This document shows positions 17,372-22,178 of a stretch of DNA of 22,178 nt, piece by piece. Both the position numbers and the translations under genes were made by a program. Within the stretch, counting starts at the first letter, position 1. Each line of letters begins with the position of its first letter. The notes beneath the pieces are model-generated. The model ran no database searches. It had not been told where the DNA came from and was given only the letters and a program-made list of their open reading frames with translations. The DNA comes from Thermoproteota archaeon (GTDB taxonomy: Archaea > Korarchaeota > Korarchaeia > Korarchaeales > Korarchaeaceae). The stretch is from assembly GCA_027491735.1 (NCBI GenBank), contig JAOZGP010000040.1, positions 1 to 22,178 of the forward strand, read 5' to 3'.

Positions 17372-18301
17372 GTGAAGTTGATCTTCGGTCCGGTTCCATC
17401 CAGGAGATTGGGCAGGTCTCTAGGAGTGAACAACATACCTCCCAAGCACTGCACGTACTCATGCGTCTACTGCCAGGTTGGAAGGACTGCCAGGCAGGAA
17501 GTCGTGAGGAAGAAGTTCTACGAAATGGAGGACCTGGTACAGGAGGCCACGATCGCTGCCGAGAGATCTAAGCCAGACTACATAACATTCGTTCCGGATG
17601 GAGAGCCCACTCTCGACATAAACCTCGGAGCCGAGGCCAGGGAGATCAAGAGAAGAATTTCGTTCAAATTGGCGGTGATAACAAATTCGTCCCTTCTCTG
17701 GAGAGAAGATGTGCGACGAGATCTGGAGGCCTTCGATCTCATCTCCCTGAAAATCGACTCCATGACCGAGAGAATCTGGAGAAGGATTAACAGACCTCAT
17801 CCAAGCTTGAGCCTTGAGAGGATCCTCGATGGAATGAGGCACCTGTTCGACAGGCTCGGAGGTGAGAGGATAATAACAGAGACAATGATTGTTGACAAAG
17901 TTAACACCGAGGAGGATGAGATTGAGAGGATAGCTGAGTTCCTGGCGGAACTCTCCCCCAGGACTGCTTACCTGAGCGTACCTGTGAGACCCCCGGCCGA
18001 GAGATGGGTCCTTCCTCCCAGCGAGGAATTCCTCCTCAAAGCCCGTGAGGTCCTGTCGGAGAAAGGACTCAGGGTTGAGCTCCTAACCAGACCGGAGGGC
18101 TCAGGATTAGAGCCTGGAGATGATCCCAGAGAGCAGATTCTTGGAATAGCAGCAGTCCATCCGCTCAGAATGGATTACGCCCTCGAGCTTCTGGCCAAGA
18201 TGGGGTGTGGGCGGGAGCTCGTAGATGAGCTCCTCGAAGAGGGTTTGCTTGTCCTGAGGAAGTACAGGGGAGAGGAGTTCCTAGTGAGGAGAATAGGATA
18301 G
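17372..18301 (+). CDS. Radical SAM protein (COG0731 / Tyw1-related Fe-S oxidoreductase)
   Basis: FGPVPSRRLGRSLG, CTYSCVYC (CxxxCxxC), DGEPTL and ITNSSL. Start is probably GTG at 17372 rather than 17291. Confidence 0.9.
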   Translation: MKLIFGPVPSRRLGRSLGVNNIPPKHCTYSCVYCQVGRTARQEVVRKKFYEMEDLVQEATIAAERSKPDYITFVPDGEPTLDINLGAEAREIKRRISFKLAVITNSSLLWREDVRRDLEAFDLISLKIDSMTERIWRRINRPHPSLSLERILDGMRHLFDRLGGERIITETMIVDKVNTEEDEIERIAEFLAELSPRTAYLSVPVRPPAERWVLPPSEEFLLKAREVLSEKGLRVELLTRPEGSGLEPGDDPREQILGIAAVHPLRMDYALELLAKMGCGRELVDELLEEGLLVLRKYRGEEFLVRRIG

Positions 18302-19840
18302 CTCGGCCATCTCCTCGTCAAGCCCTTTCCAAATGACCTTCACCCCAGCTCTCTCAGCCAGAGGTACGGCAAGTTCCTCGGGAACCTTCAGGTCCCTCAG
18401 GATTCTCCTAAGATCGGAGATCCTTCGAGGTCTCTCCTCTGTAGTCCTCCTGGAGATCACATCGAGGAGTTTCGATGATATCAGATAGTCTCCAACCAAC
18501 TCGTAGCCTTTAGGACAGCAGATATCTCTTAACTGAGCTGATGTAACTCCAAGCTTGGATGAAAGGTCCCTTAAGGAAATCACATCTTCCTCAAGCTTCA
18601 TCTTGTTGAGAACCTCCTTAAAGGAGTTCTTCTTCTTGTTCCACAACTTCTTCTCAACCTCCTTCAGCTTTCTAGCCAAATCAGCGTGATCAATCCTTCT
18701 TTCAAAGTAAAGAACCTCTTTTTGTGTGGTTTCGATCTTGGAGCAGAGGAGATCCTTCCTGGCCACTAACAGGACTGGTTCCTTGACCAACCTGAGCTTC
18801 TCCACCTTCCTCTTTATGTAGTCAGGGGTCCAAAACCCGACCACCTCGACGTACATCCCGATCGGACCCTTCTTGAGGAGGAAGTCTGGTATTACCAGCG
18901 ATCCATCAGCTACAAGAGGCTCTGGTTCCCTGACAACGGTCCATCCTCCAGCTGAGCAGGCCCTGGCGAACTCCTTCTCGAGGGAGCTGTCGTACTCGAG
19001 TTTGGGGTACCTCATGTCGGGAAACAGGTCTCTTCGAGTGTCGTCAACCTCCAAAAGCACTATCCTCTTTCTCCTCCCGATTCTCCTGACTATTCTAGCT
19101 CTGATGGACCAATTGCTCAGGGAGGCCACGTAGGGAACGAGTTTGGCCATCGCCATGCCGTACTTGGTTGTAAACTTGAGAACTGATGCCGGTCCATCGA
19201 GAGATAGCTTGAGCACCCCCTTCCATTTGTACGGCATGTACATAAGGCCGAGCCTCTTCACAGCTCTCATTAGGTACTTAACCTCGTTTCCGGAGGAGGA
19301 GGTCAGAACCTCCATCCTCACTGACTTGAACATCGCCGTTTGAAGGAGGGATAGGTTGTACTCCTTCAGAAGGTCTTCAGGGCTGGGTTTGTCGAAGCCC
19401 ACCAGCCGAAGGGATGGATCGAAATCAGCCCACAGAGTGAACTCCAATTCCTCGGCGCTCATGCCGAGCTCATCGGCGGCCAACTGCAGGGCCTCTCTCC
19501 GGTAATCCTCAGTCACGAACCCACCATATCTCTGGTTGACTATTCTGTAAACGATCTCTCTAGCCTTCACTGGATCCATCCTGGTCTCAGGTCTTTCAAA
19601 TGTGGACCTCCTCTCAAGAAGGATGTAAAGTCCTCTTATCAGCCTGTAATCCAGACCTGCTGATTCATACTCCTCCTCCATCTTCTCTGCATCATCCTGA
19701 ATCTCTCTCAAGGTCCTTCCCTGCTTGAAGATGGATATCAGATCACTGGCCAGGTTCAGTTCCTCCTCTCGGCCCAGCGCCCATCTGAGGTGAAGCTTTC
19801 CATTCCTGACGAAGGCCCTGAGAAGCTGGGATTGAAGCAT
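18281..19840 (-). CDS. bax1: DUF790 family endonuclease Bax1 (XPB partner)
   Basis: YNLSLLQT, LGLMY, DGPAS...YG..MA, YDSSLE..F and REPEPL...IPDF...EVVGFWTPDY. TGATG-coupled to xpb. Confidence 0.9.
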   Translation of the reverse strand: MLQSQLLRAFVRNGKLHLRWALGREEELNLASDLISIFKQGRTLREIQDDAEKMEEEYESAGLDYRLIRGLYILLERRSTFERPETRMDPVKAREIVYRIVNQRYGGFVTEDYRREALQLAADELGMSAEELEFTLWADFDPSLRLVGFDKPSPEDLLKEYNLSLLQTAMFKSVRMEVLTSSSGNEVKYLMRAVKRLGLMYMPYKWKGVLKLSLDGPASVLKFTTKYGMAMAKLVPYVASLSNWSIRARIVRRIGRRKRIVLLEVDDTRRDLFPDMRYPKLEYDSSLEKEFARACSAGGWTVVREPEPLVADGSLVIPDFLLKKGPIGMYVEVVGFWTPDYIKRKVEKLRLVKEPVLLVARKDLLCSKIETTQKEVLYFERRIDHADLARKLKEVEKKLWNKKKNSFKEVLNKMKLEEDVISLRDLSSKLGVTSAQLRDICCPKGYELVGDYLISSKLLDVISRRTTEERPRRISDLRRILRDLKVPEELAVPLAERAGVKVIWKGLDEEMAELSYSPH

Positions 19841-21156
19841 CAGCCGACCCCTTTCCTCCTCCTGCTGGATATCCTCACCTCGGTAGTTCCTCTGGAGACT
19901 ATTTCATAGAGAACTGCTCTTTTTCCTTCTCTCCTCCTTAATATCCTTCCAAGTCTTTGAACGAATTCTCTTCTGCTTCCAGTACCGCCCAAGATTATGC
20001 CCACCCTGGCATCGGGAACGTCAACGCCCTCGTCGAGGACCTTCGACGTCACCACCTTGGTGACGGAGCCTATCCTGAACCCATCCAGAATGGACTTCCT
20101 CTCCTTGTGCTTGGTTCTATGGGTTATCAATGGTATTAGGAATCTCCTGTTTATCTCCTCAGCCATATCGTTGAACTCCGTGAATATTATGATTTTATCT
20201 TCTCTGTGGCTCTCTAGCAGATCCTGAAGAACCTTCAACTTTGCCTTAGAATTTATGGCAATCTTTCTAGCTCTGTTCCAAGCTAAAAGAGCTTTTCTAG
20301 CAGCCTTGCTCCTACCACTGATCATGACAAGTCTTCTGAAGTCCTCCAAGGACCTCATCTCGAGTTCCACTTCCCGAAGAGCTTCCTTGTATTCCTTCAT
20401 CGCTTTCCTGTACTCCTCCTTCTCTTCCTCAATCAGATCTACCTTTATCCTGACTGTGTCGAACTCCGCCAGATGGACTCCTGCCAGCTCCTTGGGACTG
20501 ATCCTGTAGACAACTCCACCGACTATGGGAAAGAGGAGGCTGTGCCTTCCATCCTCCCTCTCCAAAGTGGCCGTCAACCCCATTCTGTACGGAGAGGCTG
20601 CTGCTTCTCCGATCTCTATGTAGCTCTCGCCCGCTAGATGATGAACCTCATCGTACACCACAAGCTCGAACTTGTTTCCCAGCTCCTCCGCCCTGAGGTA
20701 GGCCGAGTCGTATGTTATCACCGTAACGGACCTCATGTCCGACCTACCCCCTCCCACGATGCCTGCATCCACTCCGAGCAACGTCTCGAATCTCCTCGCC
20801 CACTGAGTGAGGAGAGGAATCGTCGGGACCACGACCAAGGTGGAGCACCTGAGGAGCTCCACTGCCTTTAAGGCTATGTATGTTTTGCCAGCACCCGTCG
20901 GCAGGACTATTATCCCCCTCCTCCTCATCATCCATGAGGACAGGGCATCTCTTTGAAAGGGCTTCAACTTCACCCTTGACCTAATCTTCGGCGGTGGGAA
21001 CGGTTCCATCACGTCATCCACGGCATGAAGGAGCAAACTCTTCAGCTCGGGATACCTGAAGGCGGGAGCCCGAAGGGCTCCTATCCTCTCATCCCAGGTG
21101 CAGTAGGGAGCTCTCCTCAGCCCCTCCACTATCACAGTCCCTCTGCTGTATCTCAT
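19840..21156 (-). CDS. xpb: XPB/Rad25-type SF2 DNA helicase
   Basis: LPTGAGKT, DEVHH, GLTAT, RED motif (LEREDG), LDEGVDVP and QRLGRILR. Start revised to ATG at 21156 (ATGA overlap with the hydrolase). Confidence 0.93.
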   Translation of the reverse strand: MRYSRGTVIVEGLRRAPYCTWDERIGALRAPAFRYPELKSLLLHAVDDVMEPFPPPKIRSRVKLKPFQRDALSSWMMRRRGIIVLPTGAGKTYIALKAVELLRCSTLVVVPTIPLLTQWARRFETLLGVDAGIVGGGRSDMRSVTVITYDSAYLRAEELGNKFELVVYDEVHHLAGESYIEIGEAAASPYRMGLTATLEREDGRHSLLFPIVGGVVYRISPKELAGVHLAEFDTVRIKVDLIEEEKEEYRKAMKEYKEALREVELEMRSLEDFRRLVMISGRSKAARKALLAWNRARKIAINSKAKLKVLQDLLESHREDKIIIFTEFNDMAEEINRRFLIPLITHRTKHKERKSILDGFRIGSVTKVVTSKVLDEGVDVPDARVGIILGGTGSRREFVQRLGRILRRREGKRAVLYEIVSRGTTEVRISSRRRKGVG

Positions 21157-22001
21157 GCGGAGGGTGGGTAAGCCTTCTGGAGGAAACTCACCAGACATGC
21201 GTTCACCTTCTCCGGCTCCTCAAGTAGGAGGTAGTGACCTGCATCTGGGAACACCACCATCTCCGAGCTCGGGATCTCCCTAAGCTTTTCCGTGAGGAAA
21301 AGAGGAACCATCCTGTCACGACCGCCAGCTATCACCAGGGTGGGAATCTTGATCTTGGAGAGCTTATCGCTTAAATCGAAATTTTTGAGGCTAAGGAAAA
21401 CATTCACAATATCCTCCGGAGAGTTGACCTGTATGGCTCTCATAGCCCAGTCTATAAGCTCTTCGGATGCCTTCTCAGTGAACATGTCCTCAACCTCCCT
21501 CCGGAACTCCTTCATGTAGTACTCTCTGTTGTCCAAGGCTGTGAAGAACTCGAATGGAGAGGAGAGGGAAAAGGCCATCGTCTCGGCAAGCTTCCCCAGA
21601 TACTCCTTGAGGGGATCGTATCCTCCTCTTCTCCTATGCGCTCTGCTGGCTATCAGGACTAATGCTCTAACAACATCAGGATGATCCACGGTGTACTGCA
21701 AGGAGATCAGTCCTCCCATTGACCATCCCATGAAGGCAGCTTCCTTCACGTTCAGATATGTTAGGAGCTCGTGAAGGTCATCGGAGAACTTCTTCACGGA
21801 GGAAGGCCTCCTCAGCCTTGAGGATCTCCCATGCCCTCGAACGTCCAAGGCCAGGACCCTATATCTCATTGACAACACAGGGATCTGCTCCTTCCACCAT
21901 TCATGGGATGCCCATGCCCCATGAATAAGTACTATCCACCTTCCCCTCCCTCCATAGATCTCGTAGAAGATCCTACCATCCTTCAGCTCTAGGTTGGGCA
22001 A
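21153..22001 (-). CDS. Alpha/beta fold hydrolase
   Basis: HGA oxyanion motif, DVRGHGRS, nucleophile elbow GWSMGG, G.RD acid and AGH histidine. Confidence 0.93.
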   Translation of the reverse strand: MPNLELKDGRIFYEIYGGRGRWIVLIHGAWASHEWWKEQIPVLSMRYRVLALDVRGHGRSSRLRRPSSVKKFSDDLHELLTYLNVKEAAFMGWSMGGLISLQYTVDHPDVVRALVLIASRAHRRRGGYDPLKEYLGKLAETMAFSLSSPFEFFTALDNREYYMKEFRREVEDMFTEKASEELIDWAMRAIQVNSPEDIVNVFLSLKNFDLSDKLSKIKIPTLVIAGGRDRMVPLFLTEKLREIPSSEMVVFPDAGHYLLLEEPEKVNACLVSFLQKAYPPSA

Positions 22002-22078
22002 GGTCTCCCCATCAACACCTGGTTACCAAGATTAAAAAGATGTAATCCAAGGAACCTGTTCCAGTCACCTCTGATTTC

Positions 22079-22178
22079 GTGAGGCCGTGGGCACCGTCAC
22101 GGCTCCATCCTCAGCCCATCAGCTGATCTCGGGAGGTGGTCACCGGATCCCCACTCCCTTCAGCCGTCCCCGCTTCGG
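22079..22178 (-). mobile_element. Other part of the short palindromic repeat element, truncated at the window end
   Basis: Minus-strand hairpin GCCGTG-ACGGTGCC-CACGGC followed by CTCAC, like an IS200/IS605 right end ending in TCAC. Shares 26 bp with the window start. Confidence 0.45.
22153..22178 (+). repeat. 26-bp direct terminal repeat, copy 2
   Basis: Exact match to 1-26. Confidence 0.95.

Noticed and set aside
1-22178. Whole window as a plasmid, provirus or attL/attR-bounded island
   Set aside because: There is no integrase, replication, capsid or conjugation gene, the content is chromosomal housekeeping, and the repeat does not look like a tRNA end.
22060-22178. GC-rich end region as tRNA, SRP or RNase P RNA
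   Set aside because: No cloverleaf/T-loop or conserved SRP/RNase P motifs could be identified.

Overview
This is a gene-dense, moderately GC-rich archaeal chromosomal segment. The archaeal call rests on a ThiD-ThiN fusion, XPB-Bax1, HerA/NurA, split MetE, TATA-like boxes about 25 nt before starts and GGAGG/GGTG Shine-Dalgarno (SD) motifs. It carries five main modules. (1) A thiamine-salvage operon on the minus strand (cytX-thiDN-thiW-uncharacterised P-loop NTPase-tenA remnant), headed by a clear TPP riboswitch with a readable SD-sequestering expression platform, which is uncommon in Archaea. (2) A stand-alone herA-nurA pair in which herA is split by a -1 frameshift. (3) A split metE plus metF-like methionine operon, divergent from an HTH-CBS regulator, with a palindrome between them. 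(4) DUF89 and radical SAM genes. (5) An alpha/beta-hydrolase-xpb-bax1 operon. Several intergenic gaps hold unannotated gene scars: tenA, SDR, tnpB, a COG5014-type radical SAM and a frameshifted coiled-coil gene. The window starts and ends with the same 26 bp. Joining the ends gives a roughly 185-bp palindromic element resembling an IS200/IS605-derived non-autonomous repeat. All family assignments come from motifs recognised by eye; no database searches were run.
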